Part shown: positions 9,856 through 19,510 of the stretch, in pieces
How the letters are laid out: the number at the start of each line of letters is the position of its first letter
How positions within the stretch are numbered: the stretch's first letter is position 1
NCBI GenBank assembly: GCA_020060185.1
Contig: JAGVAS010000147.1
Location: 1-47,773, forward strand
Reading direction: 5' to 3'
Source: Desulfovibrio sp.
Lineage (GTDB): Bacteria > Bacillota > Dethiobacteria > DTU022 > UBA8154
Length of the DNA: 47,773 bases
Translations under genes and position numbers: made by a program
The notes under the pieces: model-generated
The model's database searches: none
What the model saw: only the letters and a program-made list of their open reading frames with translations
What the model was told of the DNA's origin: nothing

Positions 9856-10923
9856 TTAGCTGCATACATGGACGAAGCAATCTGGTAAAGAGCTATTTGC
9901 CTGTTCCTGTAAGGTACGTCCACAGGCTGCTGCGATGCTTTGCAGTGATTTCATTAACAGGCAAAAATCCTTGATAGTTAGAGATTGATCGCCGTCGCAG
10001 TAAGCTTTTTGCGGTTCCGGGTGAACCTCTATTAAAAGGCCGTCGGCACCAGAGGCAATGGCAGCCCTGGAGAGAGCAGGAACCAGCTTGCTGTCTCCGC
10101 TGCTGTGGCTGGGATCCACCATCACGGGAAGGTGGCTCAAACTGTTAACAAGGGGTACGGCGCTGATATCCAGGGTGTTGCGGGTATAATGTTCAAAGGT
10201 GCGAATACCCCTTTCGCAGAGAATAACGTTAAAATTCCCGCCTGCAAGGATATATTCTGCAGACATAAGCCACTCCTCAATGGTTGCCGAAAAACCCCTT
10301 TTTAACAGTACCGGCTGCTTTTGTTTCCCCAGTTTTCTTAACAGGGGATAGTTGTGCATGTTGCGAGCACCTACCTGCAATATGTCAGCGTAAAAAGAAA
10401 CGAGCTCCACATCCTGGGGGGTTATCACCTCGGTAACGACTTTCAGCCCTGTCCTTTTCCTCGCCTCTGCCAGGAGCTTCAGCCCTTCTTCTTCGAGACC
10501 CTGGAAGCTGTAAGGTGATGTCCGGGGTTTAAAGGCTCCACCGCGCAGGATTTTTGCACCGGCTTCAGCAACTTTCTCGGCAATATTAAACAGCATTTCT
10601 TCATTCTCAACAGCGCAGGGGCCGGCCATTACAATGACTTCTTCACCCCCGATGGTTATTCCATTCCCCAGATCGACGATGCTTTTTTCTTTCTTAACTT
10701 CCCTGCTCACCAGTTTATAGGGGGTCTTTAATGGTACTACTTTTTCCACTCCTGGCAGCAGCAACAGGTTGGTTGACCCCTCGTGGTTTTTCCCGCCTGT
10801 GGCGTCGATAAGAATTTTTCCTGCACTTTTGATGATATGGCTGTGGTAACCCATATCTGTTATCTGTTTTTTTACCTTTTCGATTTCTTTCTCGGTAGCT
10901 TCCTGATTCATTACTAGAATCAC
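9856..10923 (-). CDS. aroF: DAHP synthase type I-beta with N-terminal ACT/ferredoxin-like domain (Phe-regulon copy)
   Basis: AGPCAVE, GGAFKPRTSPYSFQG, QVGARNM, LCERGIRTF, DPSH. Confidence 0.95.
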   Translation of the reverse strand: MILVMNQEATEKEIEKVKKQITDMGYHSHIIKSAGKILIDATGGKNHEGSTNLLLLPGVEKVVPLKTPYKLVSREVKKEKSIVDLGNGITIGGEEVIVMAGPCAVENEEMLFNIAEKVAEAGAKILRGGAFKPRTSPYSFQGLEEEGLKLLAEARKRTGLKVVTEVITPQDVELVSFYADILQVGARNMHNYPLLRKLGKQKQPVLLKRGFSATIEEWLMSAEYILAGGNFNVILCERGIRTFEHYTRNTLDISAVPLVNSLSHLPVMVDPSHSSGDSKLVPALSRAAIASGADGLLIEVHPEPQKAYCDGDQSLTIKDFCLLMKSLQSIAAACGRTLQEQANSSLPDCFVHVCS

Positions 10924-10949
10924 GCAACATCACTCCCCGCATAATTTTT

Positions 10950-10996
10950 TAAAAAAATAAGGTTTACACTAACAAAGGGACGAAAGTGTAAACCTT
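10950..10996 (-). terminator. Second terminator-like hairpin between the Phe T-box and aroF
   Basis: 12-bp perfect inverted repeat AAGGTTTACACT (10959-10970 / 10985-10996), followed on the minus strand by ATTTTTTT. Confidence 0.55.
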
Positions 10997-11000
10997 GTAA

Positions 11001-11305
11001 AATAAAAACTTCCTGTCCAGGGACAGGAAGTTGCTTCCGCGGTACCACCCTAGTTGGCTTTTTGCAAAGCCCACTTTTTCAGGAGCGGGACCTCTTTCGA
11101 GATCCGATTCCTGTTTCGTTGCTAACGGGTGAAAAACCCGGCACAGCTTACTTTTCCCGTATCATCGCTGAAGCGCAAACACGAGGTTTCAGCCTGCAGC
11201 TCCGGAGGGAACTTCGACCGGGTGCTTTTCCGGCAGGGCTTTCAGCCGCGGCCCCACCTCTCTGCAGCAAGCAATACCGGCTTACTTTCCTCTTTCAATG
11301 CTTTT
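11001..11305 (-). ncRNA. T-box riboswitch, Phe-specific
   Basis: Minus strand: AGTA and AGAGA motifs; specifier GAAG-TTC (11211-11209); T-box AGGGTGGTACCGCG (11051-11038); terminator AACTTCCTGTCC/GGACAGGAAGTT plus T run. Confidence 0.93.
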
Positions 11306-11328
11306 TGCCTGTTTTTAACTTTCTTGTT

Positions 11329-11357
11329 AGTTTAGCAAAAAAACTCTCCGGTGTCAA
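11329..11357 (-). promoter_or_regulatory. sigmaA promoter of the Phe T-box leader
   Basis: TTGACA-N17-TAAACT with TG extended -10 on the minus strand. Confidence 0.7.
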
Positions 11358-11548
11358 CAACTTTTTTACGGGCCCGGCCGGCCCTCAACCGGCCGCCCCT
11401 CCTGCAGAGGGGGTATTAATTATATCAAGGATGCTTTTCTGCTCTTTTCTTTTCCAGTCTTTCATTCTTGTGATAAAATTAGACCAGATTTCACGAAGCG
11501 ATGATTTTATAACCTTCCAGGAATAGCCATTTATGGGGGTGACAGGTA

Positions 11549-12064
11549 ATGGAAACTGAGAAAAGGCGTCGTGAGCTGTTAAAGCTCTTGCGTAAAGCAT
11601 CCAGGCCGCTTACAGGTGCAGAGCTGGCCAGCCACTTTAATGTAAGCCGGCAGGTTATTGTTCAGGATATTGCCATATTGAGAGCTTCAGGCGAGCAGAT
11701 CTTTGCCTCTCTCCAGGGATATCTGGTCCCTTCACGGCCACAGGAGAGCTGGGTGCGGGCTGTAGCAGCCTGCAGGCACACCCGGGAACAGATTGAAGAC
11801 GAATTGGGTATTGTCGTGGACCTGGGCGGCAGGGTCCTTGACGTGATCGTAGAACACCCTGTGTACGGGGAACTGCGGGGCAATCTGATGGTTGCCAGCC
11901 GTCGTGACTTGAGTTTATTTTTGGAGTCGCTGGATAAAACAGCAGCAAACCCGCTTTTGGCCTTAACGGGGGGCATCCACCTGCATACTCTCGAGGCACC
12001 AGATCAAAAGGTAATGGAAGAAATTACAGCAGCACTGGATAAGGCAGGATATCTTGTAAAATAG
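11549..12064 (+). CDS. niaR: Niacin-responsive repressor NiaR (HTH + 3H domain)
   Basis: VSRQVIVQDIAILRA, H..EDEL, VEHPVYGE, GIHLHT; directly upstream of nadABC. Confidence 0.93.
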   Translation: METEKRRRELLKLLRKASRPLTGAELASHFNVSRQVIVQDIAILRASGEQIFASLQGYLVPSRPQESWVRAVAACRHTREQIEDELGIVVDLGGRVLDVIVEHPVYGELRGNLMVASRRDLSLFLESLDKTAANPLLALTGGIHLHTLEAPDQKVMEEITAALDKAGYLVK

Positions 12065-12082
12065 CTTAAAAGCTGTGACTTT

Positions 12083-12115
12083 ACAATTGACAAGACAGGT
12101 TTGCAATGGCATAAT
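12083..12115 (+). promoter_or_regulatory. nadA sigmaA promoter overlapped by a NiaR-type operator
   Basis: TTGACA (12087)-N17-CATAAT (12110); ACAATTGACAAGACAGGTTT resembles the Firmicute NiaR palindrome ACAnnTGTCnnGACAnnTGT. Confidence 0.7.
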
Positions 12116-12151
12116 TAATTCAAGAAAAGCGGTTAAAGGGGTATCGGGAGG

Positions 12152-13066
12152 ATGGAAGAAGAGAAAAAGGCACTATTCCAAAGAATTCAGGAATTAAAAA
12201 GGAGGCACAACGCTGTTATCCTGGCGCACAACTACCAGAGCGAAGAGGTTCAAGATGCTGCTGACTTTGTCGGTGATTCTTTTGAACTCAGCCGGATAGC
12301 CGCACAGTCGGGGGCAGATGTGATTGTGTTTTGCGGTGTTTATTTCATGGCAGAGGTGGCGGCTATTCTGGCACCGGACAAGATCGTGCTGCTTCCCGAA
12401 ATCCTGGCCGGTTGCCCTCTCGCAGATATGATCACTTCAGAAACGCTCCGGGAAAAAAAGAAACAACACCCGGCTGCAATGGTAGTTACCTATATTAATT
12501 CCCCGGCGGTTGTTAAGGCGGATAGCGATATTTGTGTTACTTCATCCAATGCCGTTAGCGTGGTCAATTCCCTGGAAGCAGAAGAAGTTCTTTTTGTACC
12601 CGACATGAACCTGGGGAGCTTTGTTGCCGGGCAAACGGATAAACGCGTTATTCTATGGGACGGCTACTGTGTGACGCACCACCGTGTAAGGCCGGCTGAC
12701 GTAGCTGCCGCCAGGGCATCACATCCCGATGCCGTTGTAATGGTCCACCCGGAATGCCGTCCGGATGTAGTGAAAACTGCAGATTATGTTTTTTCAACCG
12801 GCGGGATGATAAAGTTTGCCCGGGAAACGGAACATAAAAAAATAATTGTTGGGACAGAGATGGGCTTAATTTACCGCCTGCAAAAAGAAAACCCCGATAA
12901 ACAATTTTATCTCCTTTCTCAGGGTTTAATTTGCCCCAACATGAAGTTTACCAACCTGGAAAAGGTTTATAAAGCACTGGAAACACTGCAGCCACGGATT
13001 ACCGTCCCCCAGCCCATTCGCGACCTTGCCCGCAGACCGCTTGAACTCATGCTGGTTGCAGTTTAA
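12152..13066 (+). CDS. nadA: Quinolinate synthase
   Basis: LAHNYQ, FCGVYFMAE, GCPLAD, YINS, HPEC, CPNMK. Confidence 0.96.
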   Translation: MEEEKKALFQRIQELKRRHNAVILAHNYQSEEVQDAADFVGDSFELSRIAAQSGADVIVFCGVYFMAEVAAILAPDKIVLLPEILAGCPLADMITSETLREKKKQHPAAMVVTYINSPAVVKADSDICVTSSNAVSVVNSLEAEEVLFVPDMNLGSFVAGQTDKRVILWDGYCVTHHRVRPADVAAARASHPDAVVMVHPECRPDVVKTADYVFSTGGMIKFARETEHKKIIVGTEMGLIYRLQKENPDKQFYLLSQGLICPNMKFTNLEKVYKALETLQPRITVPQPIRDLARRPLELMLVAV

Positions 13067-13074
13067 TAAAGGGG

Positions 13075-14685
13075 TTGGAGCGCTTGGTATATTTGAAACG
13101 GGAACATCCCTATGAATACGATGTAATAGTTGTCGGTAGCGGTATGGCAGGCCTGTTTGCTGCCATCAAAGCGGCGCGCTTTGCCCGTGTCTGTCTCTTG
13201 GCCAAGGATGCCCTGTCCAATACCAATACCTGGCTTGCACAGGGCGGCATCGCTGCTGCACTTGGAGATGATGACACTCCCGAGAGTCACCTGGAGGATA
13301 CCGTACAAGCAGGAGCCGGCTTGTGTAACCGCGAGGCCGTTAAAGTGATGGTGGAGGAGGGGCCACACCGCATAAAGGAACTCCTGGAGTTAGGTGTGCC
13401 GTTTGACCGGGTAGAGGGGCAACTGGCCATGACCAGGGAAGGGGCCCACAACAGGAATCGTATCGTTCATGCCGGAGGCGATGCTACCGGGCAGGTTCTT
13501 CATGAAACTTTGCAAAACCATTTGCTTAACAACAGGGCGATTGCTGTCCGGGAATACACTTTTGTTACAGATTTGTTAACCTGTGAAGGACAGGTCACCG
13601 GCCTAAAAACTTTGAGGGGAGAAACCTACCGTGCCGGGGCAGTGATCCTTGCCACGGGAGGGCTGGGCAGGGTTTTTTTCTGCACGACAAACCCGGAGGT
13701 TGCTACGGGAGATGGCGTGGCCATGGCGTTCCGTGCCGGGGCGGAAGTTGTCGATATGGAGTTTATCCAGTTTCATCCCACTGTTTTTCAGAGTCCAAAG
13801 GGAGAAATGATCCTGATTTCAGAGGCAGTGCGTGGTGAAGGGGCGGTGCTCCGGAATTCTCGTGGTAAACGGTTTATGGATAAATACCACGAGATGGCCG
13901 AACTTGGCCCGCGGGATATAGTGGCCCGTGCTATCGTGGATCAAATGAAAAAACAGGGGAGCAGGTGCGTTTACCTTGATGTTACGCTCCGGGATCCCGT
14001 TTTTCTTAAAAGTCGTTTTCCCACAATATATGGTATGGCCTCGAAATACGGTCTGGACCTGGCAAAGGACTGGCTCCCCGTTAGTCCTGCAGCACATTAT
14101 GCTATGGGCGGTGTGCATACAGGCCTGGACGGGGAGACAAATCTGGCCGGTCTTTACGCTTGCGGCGAGGTTGCCTGCAGCGGGGTACATGGAGCCAATC
14201 GTTTGGCCAGCAATTCCCTGTTGGAGGGGCTTGTTTTTGCCGGGCGCGTCGTGGAGCGGATTGAAAAAACCGGGAAAAAACTTCCGGGTACTCTGCAGCA
14301 AAAATATAAAAGTAATTATAGCCCCAAAAAACTTTCCTTAAAATTCGCGCGTGGAAAAAAACTGCAGGATGAACTCCGCAGGTTAATGTTCAGCAAAGCG
14401 GGCATCCTCCGCCACGAGAAAGGTCTTTTAGCAGTACAGCGTTTCCTCAAGCAGCATGCCTGGCTTGTAGATGCGGTACCGGAAGACCGGGCAGCATGGG
14501 AGCTAAAAAACCTGTTTGTTGTGGCCAACCTCATTGTTAACAGTGCATTTATGCGTACTGAAAGCCGCGGCAGCCATTACCGGGTAGATTACCCGCAGCC
14601 TGATGAAGCGTGGCGCTTGCGCCACCTGTCCCGGTCGGCAAAGGGAAAAAAGGAGGAAGATTTGCTTGCACCGCTTAGTTTATAA
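13075..14685 (+). CDS. nadB: L-aspartate oxidase
   Basis: GSGMAG, AQGGIAA, REGAH, QFHPT, SEAVRGEG, HGANRLASNSLLEG. Confidence 0.95.
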   Translation: MERLVYLKREHPYEYDVIVVGSGMAGLFAAIKAARFARVCLLAKDALSNTNTWLAQGGIAAALGDDDTPESHLEDTVQAGAGLCNREAVKVMVEEGPHRIKELLELGVPFDRVEGQLAMTREGAHNRNRIVHAGGDATGQVLHETLQNHLLNNRAIAVREYTFVTDLLTCEGQVTGLKTLRGETYRAGAVILATGGLGRVFFCTTNPEVATGDGVAMAFRAGAEVVDMEFIQFHPTVFQSPKGEMILISEAVRGEGAVLRNSRGKRFMDKYHEMAELGPRDIVARAIVDQMKKQGSRCVYLDVTLRDPVFLKSRFPTIYGMASKYGLDLAKDWLPVSPAAHYAMGGVHTGLDGETNLAGLYACGEVACSGVHGANRLASNSLLEGLVFAGRVVERIEKTGKKLPGTLQQKYKSNYSPKKLSLKFARGKKLQDELRRLMFSKAGILRHEKGLLAVQRFLKQHAWLVDAVPEDRAAWELKNLFVVANLIVNSAFMRTESRGSHYRVDYPQPDEAWRLRHLSRSAKGKKEEDLLAPLSL

Positions 14686-15493
14686 AGATATTGTGGCAAA
14701 TGCTTTAGCCGAAGACCTTGGTTCTGGCGACTGGACCACGAGCAGTATCTTTACCGGGGAAGAGGGAAAAGCTTTTATTGTAGCCAAAGAAGCAGGCGTT
14801 TTGGCCGGGCTGCCTGTGGCGGAAGAAGTGTATGCCCAGGTTGACACGAGGGTACATTTTAGGACGAATTTTCAGGATGGCAGCAAAATAAATGGCGGCG
14901 ATTGTGTTGCTACCCTGGAAGGGCCTGTAGCCGGTATCCTTATGGGCGAGCGCGTGGCTCTTAACTTCCTGCAGAGAATGTCGGGAGTTGCCACGGCGAC
15001 AAGGGCTGCTGTAGAAAGTGTTCACGGCACCAGGGCCAAAATTACCGATACGCGCAAAACAGCTCCCGGATTGCGCCTTCTCGATAAGTACGCGGTGCGC
15101 GTTGGCGGAGGGGTAAACCACCGTTTTAACCTTGCTGATATGGTGTTGATCAAGGATAACCATATCCGGGGAGCCGGCTCTATCCGCGAGGCAGTGGCCC
15201 GGGTCAGGCGGCACTGCGGTTTCCCCGTAAAAATTGAGGTAGAGACAGAAACGCTTGATGAGGTCAGGGAGGCGGTGGCTTGTGGCGTGGAAATCATTAT
15301 GCTGGACAATATGACTACAAGCCGGATGGCTGAAGCAGTTAGCTTGATAGCGGGGCGAGCACTGGTTGAAGCCTCGGGAGGAATCTCCAGGGAACGGCTG
15401 CCTGAAGTGGCTGCTACCGGTGTGGATTTAATTTCCCTTGGTTATTTGACAAACAGCAGTCGTGTACTGGATTTGTCGTTAAAATTAGGTTAG
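14666..15493 (+). CDS. nadC: Quinolinate phosphoribosyltransferase
   Basis: ERVALNFLQRMSG, DTRKTAPG, NHRFNL, IKDNH, MLDNM, EASGG; TTG start after SD AGGAGG. Confidence 0.95.
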   Translation: MHRLVYKDIVANALAEDLGSGDWTTSSIFTGEEGKAFIVAKEAGVLAGLPVAEEVYAQVDTRVHFRTNFQDGSKINGGDCVATLEGPVAGILMGERVALNFLQRMSGVATATRAAVESVHGTRAKITDTRKTAPGLRLLDKYAVRVGGGVNHRFNLADMVLIKDNHIRGAGSIREAVARVRRHCGFPVKIEVETETLDEVREAVACGVEIIMLDNMTTSRMAEAVSLIAGRALVEASGGISRERLPEVAATGVDLISLGYLTNSSRVLDLSLKLG

Positions 15494-15551
15494 AAACTCC
15501 AAGGAAAAGCATCATCGAAACAGCGCATGAGCGGATGGAGAAAAAAATTTC

Positions 15552-15580
15552 TTGACATGAAGCGTTCAGGAGTATAAAAT
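15552..15580 (+). promoter_or_regulatory. sigmaA promoter of the Tyr T-box leader
   Basis: TTGACA-N17-TAAAAT. Confidence 0.75.
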
Positions 15581-15609
15581 ATTTTCTAATCAGTTAAATT
15601 AAACAAAAA

Positions 15610-15900
15610 ATCGATGACGGGGAGAAGTAGGCACGACGATAGGCTGCAGAGAGCCGGGGGATGGTGTGACCCGGTGCCATCAACTGCTGAAATACACCCC
15701 TGAGAAGCAAACCAAAAGCCTTTGCTTTACTTGAGCGGCCAGTAGGCTTTGACGGAAACTCCCACCGTTAAAAGGGAGGGGGTATAATGCTGGAACACAA
15801 CACCAGTCCGTACCCTGAAAAGAGGGGGGCATTTATGTCCAACCAGGGTGGTACCGCGTGAAGATAGAACTTCCGTCCCTATGGGGAGGGAAGTTTTTTT
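15610..15900 (+). ncRNA. T-box riboswitch, Tyr-specific
   Basis: AGTA and AGAGA motifs; specifier GAAA-TAC (15693-15695); T-box AGGGTGGTACCGCG 15845-15858; terminator AACTTCCGTCCCT/GGGAGGGAAGTT plus T run. Confidence 0.93.
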
Positions 15901-15903
15901 AGT

Positions 15904-16162
15904 ATGAAAATGGGGTGACGCAAAGCTGGTGCTCGCTCCAAGTTCAGCTGGAGCCAAGTTCTACAGCTCAGCTCAAGACTCCGATGACTTTCCCAGGAGA
16001 GCTCGCCTCCTACTCGCCTCCTGGCTGCTGGCGTCCATGCCGGCAGGGCCATCTCCAAACTTCGCTTCAACATGAGCTTTTATCTTCGCTGCACAAGTCG
16101 CTCGCTACAACCTTGTGCCACCTGTACGGAACATAGTGCGGATTAGAAGCCATCATTTTCAT
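15904..16162. repeat. Putative REP/MITE-like non-coding insert in the aroF 5' leader
   Basis: Terminal inverted repeats ATGAAAATG / CATTTTCAT; internal repeated CTCGCT/TTCGCT motifs and GGCGTCCATGCC hairpin; no credible ORF. Confidence 0.45.
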
Positions 16163-16223
16163 CCATTGTTGTGGACCGCAGGGCCCTGGCCGTTAGTATT
16201 AAAAATTAAAAGGAGGATGTTTT

Positions 16224-17237
16224 ATGATCGTTGTTATGGATTCCGGTGCCGGTGAAGAGGAAATCGGGGAGGTAGAAAAGAGAATCAAAAGTTTTGGCTA
16301 TGACGTGCACCGTTCCAACGGCGTGAACTGTACTATCCTGGGCGCTATCGGCTACCCCAGGGAAGATGTCAGGGATGCTCTGGAGGTAATGCCTTCCGTG
16401 GAAAAAGTAGTGCTGGTTTCACACCCTTTTATGCTGGTAAGCAGGGAGTTTAAGAAGGATAAGACTGCGTTTAAGGTGGGAGAGGTGGAAATCGGAGGCG
16501 AAAAAATTGTCCTGATGGCCGGGCCGTGTGCAGTAGAAGGAAGGGAATCTTATCTTCAAGCCGCTGAAGCTGTAAAAAAAGGGGGAGCGGATATTTTAAG
16601 AGGAGGGGCATATAAGCCTCGCACTTCTCCTTACAGTTTTCAGGGCCTGGAGGAAGAGGGTTTAAAAATCATGGCAGAGGCCAGGGAAATGACCGGACTT
16701 CCCATCATAACAGAAGTTCTGGACCAGCACTCTATTGAAATTGTGGTCCGCTATGCCGATATCATCCAGGTGGGGACACGCAACATGCAAAACTTTAAAC
16801 TGCTTAGAGAACTGGGACAAATAAATAAGCCCGTTTTGATAAAAAGGGGGATGTCAGCGACGATTGAAGAATGGTTGATGGCAGCAGAGTATCTTCTCAG
16901 CAGCGGAAACTACCAGGTCATCCTCTGTGAAAGGGGAATACGGACGTTTGAAACATATACCCGCTATACCATGGATATCAGTGCTATTCCCATAGTAAAA
17001 GAGTTAAGCCATTTGCCGGTATTTGTAGACCCAAGCCACGGTACCGGGAAGTGGAAATGGGTGCCTTCCATGAGCCTGGCTGCGGTAGCGGCAGGTGCTG
17101 ATGGCCTTCTGGTAGAAGTACACCCCTCCCCCAAGGAGGCGCTTTGTGATGGCCCTCAATCGCTGGTTCCGGAAAAATATTCACAGATGATCGGTTCATT
17201 GAGGGGAGTGGCACAGATAATTGGCCGGACGCTGTAA
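16224..17237 (+). CDS. aroF: DAHP synthase type I-beta (Tyr-regulon copy)
   Basis: AGPCAVE, GGAYKPRTSPYSFQG, LCERGIRTF, DPSHGTG. Confidence 0.95.
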   Translation: MIVVMDSGAGEEEIGEVEKRIKSFGYDVHRSNGVNCTILGAIGYPREDVRDALEVMPSVEKVVLVSHPFMLVSREFKKDKTAFKVGEVEIGGEKIVLMAGPCAVEGRESYLQAAEAVKKGGADILRGGAYKPRTSPYSFQGLEEEGLKIMAEAREMTGLPIITEVLDQHSIEIVVRYADIIQVGTRNMQNFKLLRELGQINKPVLIKRGMSATIEEWLMAAEYLLSSGNYQVILCERGIRTFETYTRYTMDISAIPIVKELSHLPVFVDPSHGTGKWKWVPSMSLAAVAAGADGLLVEVHPSPKEALCDGPQSLVPEKYSQMIGSLRGVAQIIGRTL

Positions 17238-18093
17238 ACCTTTGTTTGCAAAATGCTGTATTATAGGGCTGGGTCTCATCGGGGGGTCGGTGGGCATGGC
17301 CCTGGGAAAGTATAAAGTTGTCGAGGAGCGCTGGGGGTACGATGTTAGTCCCCGGGCCATGGTTGAAGCCAGGGAAAGAGGGGCAGTAGATGAAACAGCA
17401 GTCCTGTCCCAAGCCCTGCAGGATGCCGAGCTGGTCATCCTTTCCATGCCCGTGGGGCAGATCCTCAAAGTACTGGAGGAAATATCTCCCTTTCTTCAAA
17501 AAGGCGCCCTGGTAACCGATGTGGGGAGCACTAAAAAACAGATTGTTAAGGCCATGGAAAGTTTATTGTTCCCAGGGGTAACGGGCATTGGCGGTCATCC
17601 TATAGCCGGGTCAGAACAGGCAGGAATTGCGGCAGCAGATCCCTTGCTGCTGGAGAATGCCATTTATCTATTAACTCCCACGAGGCAAACACCAAAACCG
17701 GCACTGGAAAAGATGGAGAAAGTTATCCGGGCTATCAGGGCGTGCCCTCTCATGTTAGGGCCGGAGGAACATGACAGGCTTGTAGCCCTGGTCAGCCACC
17801 TTCCCCAGCTGGTTGCTGTTGCCCTCGTCAATGCTTTAAGAAGTTGCGGCCATGAGCGGGAACTGCTTCTTACTCTGGCAGGGAGAGGCTTTAAAGACAC
17901 AACCCGCATTGCCATGGGGGAGCCTTCCATGTGGTATGATATCTTTACAACAAATAAAGTTTTTTTAAAGGATTCCCTGAAAATTTTTCTGGAGGAATTG
18001 CATTTGCTGGCCGGCTATCTGGAGCAAGAAAACGAAGGAGAAGCGGTAAGGATCTTAGAAAATGCCGGGTTTTTGCGGCGTGCCCTTCATTAA
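17221..18093 (+). CDS. tyrA: Prephenate dehydrogenase (no C-terminal ACT domain)
   Basis: [47 protein letters not shown]. Confidence 0.93.
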   Translation: MAGRCKPLFAKCCIIGLGLIGGSVGMALGKYKVVEERWGYDVSPRAMVEARERGAVDETAVLSQALQDAELVILSMPVGQILKVLEEISPFLQKGALVTDVGSTKKQIVKAMESLLFPGVTGIGGHPIAGSEQAGIAAADPLLLENAIYLLTPTRQTPKPALEKMEKVIRAIRACPLMLGPEEHDRLVALVSHLPQLVAVALVNALRSCGHERELLLTLAGRGFKDTTRIAMGEPSMWYDIFTTNKVFLKDSLKIFLEELHLLAGYLEQENEGEAVRILENAGFLRRALH

Positions 18094-18104
18094 CCGGCGG
18101 TGTT

Positions 18105-18247
18105 CAAGCCATAGCGATCATCGTATTGCCATGGCCCTGGCCATTGCTGCCCTTTTTGCCAGGGGCGAAACAGTTATTGAAGGAATCGAACCGGTACAGG
18201 TTTCTTTTCCCGGGTTTTTTGAGCTTTTACAAAGTCTAACCGCTTAG
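18105..18247 (+). pseudogene. aroA: C-terminal remnant of EPSP synthase
   Basis: [16 protein letters not shown]...VSFPGFF matches the AroA C-terminus; only about 46 codons, no start; usual aroA position after tyrA. Confidence 0.88.
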
Positions 18248-18334
18248 CCCTAAATATAATAGAAGGGGGGTAAGGGCAGGGAGACTTGGCGGTGCCATGG
18301 AGATGATACTGCTAAGGTGGCCTGCCTTCTGGAG

Positions 18335-19510
18335 ATGCGTTATTTGACAGCAGGTGAGTCTCACGGCCCCGCGCTCGTGGGTATTATTGAGGGGTTGCCG
18401 GCAGGTCTGGTCATAAAGGAAGATTTTATTAACCGGCAGCTGGCCAGGCGCCAGGGAGGTTACGGCCGGGGAGGGCGCATGTCCATCGAAAAAGACCGCA
18501 TTAAATTCCTCTCAGGCATTCGTTTTGGCAAGACAACAGGCAGCCCCCTGGCCCTGGCCATTGAAAACAGGGATTGGTTAAACTGGCAAAAGGTGATGTC
18601 CCAGGACCCGCGGGATGAAACAGGTGAAAGAAAAGTAACCAGTCCCCGACCGGGGCATGCCGATCTGGCCGGGGGGATAAAATATTTCCACCGCGACCTT
18701 CGTAATGTCCTGGAGCGTGCCAGTGCCAGGGAGACGGCCATGCGCGTAGCCGTTGGCAGCGTAGCTTCTTTATTGCTGGGCCATTTTCAAATCGAGTGCG
18801 CCGCTTTTGTTGTGGCGGTGGGGGGCATCACAGCGTCCCCACGAAGGCCGGAATGGGGCGTAAGTGTTATTAAAGAAAAAACAGCTGCCTCCCTTTTCTA
18901 TTGTCTTGATGAGGAGGCAGAGAAGCTAATGCTGGAAAAGGTTGACCGGGCCAGGGAGATGGGAGATACTCTGGGAGGGGTTTTCGAGGTCCTGGTAGAA
19001 GGGCTTCCTCCGGGACTGGGGAGCCATGTCCACTGGGACAGGCGCCTGGATGGCCGGCTGGCCGGTGCTGTAATGAGCATTCCCGGTATAAAAGGTGTGG
19101 AGATCGGCCTGGGCTTTGCTGCTGCTGAAAGACCCGGATCTCTGGCACACGATGCCATTGTCTTTGATAAGCATAAAAAGATTTTCCGGTCTGCCAACCA
19201 TGCCGGAGGGCTTGAAGGAGGCATAACCAACGGCGAGGCCGTTGTCATAAGAGCGGCCATGAAGCCCATCCCTACCTTAAAGAAGGCCCTGCCCAGCATA
19301 GACCTGGCTGCCGGGGAGATGGGATATGCTGCTGTGGAGCGCTCTGATATTTGTGCCGTTTCTGCCGCTTCAGTAATAGGGGAAGCTGTTGTTGCCTGGG
19401 AGATGGCCAGGGCCTTCCTGGAAAAATTTTCTGGGGACACCATGACAGAAGTGGAGATGGCTTTGCAGAATTACCTGGAGCTGGTTAAACGTTACCTGGG
19501 GGAAATATAG
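18335..19510 (+). CDS. aroC: Chorismate synthase
   Basis: TAGESHG, RRQGGYGRG, PRPGHAD, ERASARETA, GGLEGGITNG, MKPIPT, ERSD. Confidence 0.96.
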   Translation: MRYLTAGESHGPALVGIIEGLPAGLVIKEDFINRQLARRQGGYGRGGRMSIEKDRIKFLSGIRFGKTTGSPLALAIENRDWLNWQKVMSQDPRDETGERKVTSPRPGHADLAGGIKYFHRDLRNVLERASARETAMRVAVGSVASLLLGHFQIECAAFVVAVGGITASPRRPEWGVSVIKEKTAASLFYCLDEEAEKLMLEKVDRAREMGDTLGGVFEVLVEGLPPGLGSHVHWDRRLDGRLAGAVMSIPGIKGVEIGLGFAAAERPGSLAHDAIVFDKHKKIFRSANHAGGLEGGITNGEAVVIRAAMKPIPTLKKALPSIDLAAGEMGYAAVERSDICAVSAASVIGEAVVAWEMARAFLEKFSGDTMTEVEMALQNYLELVKRYLGEI

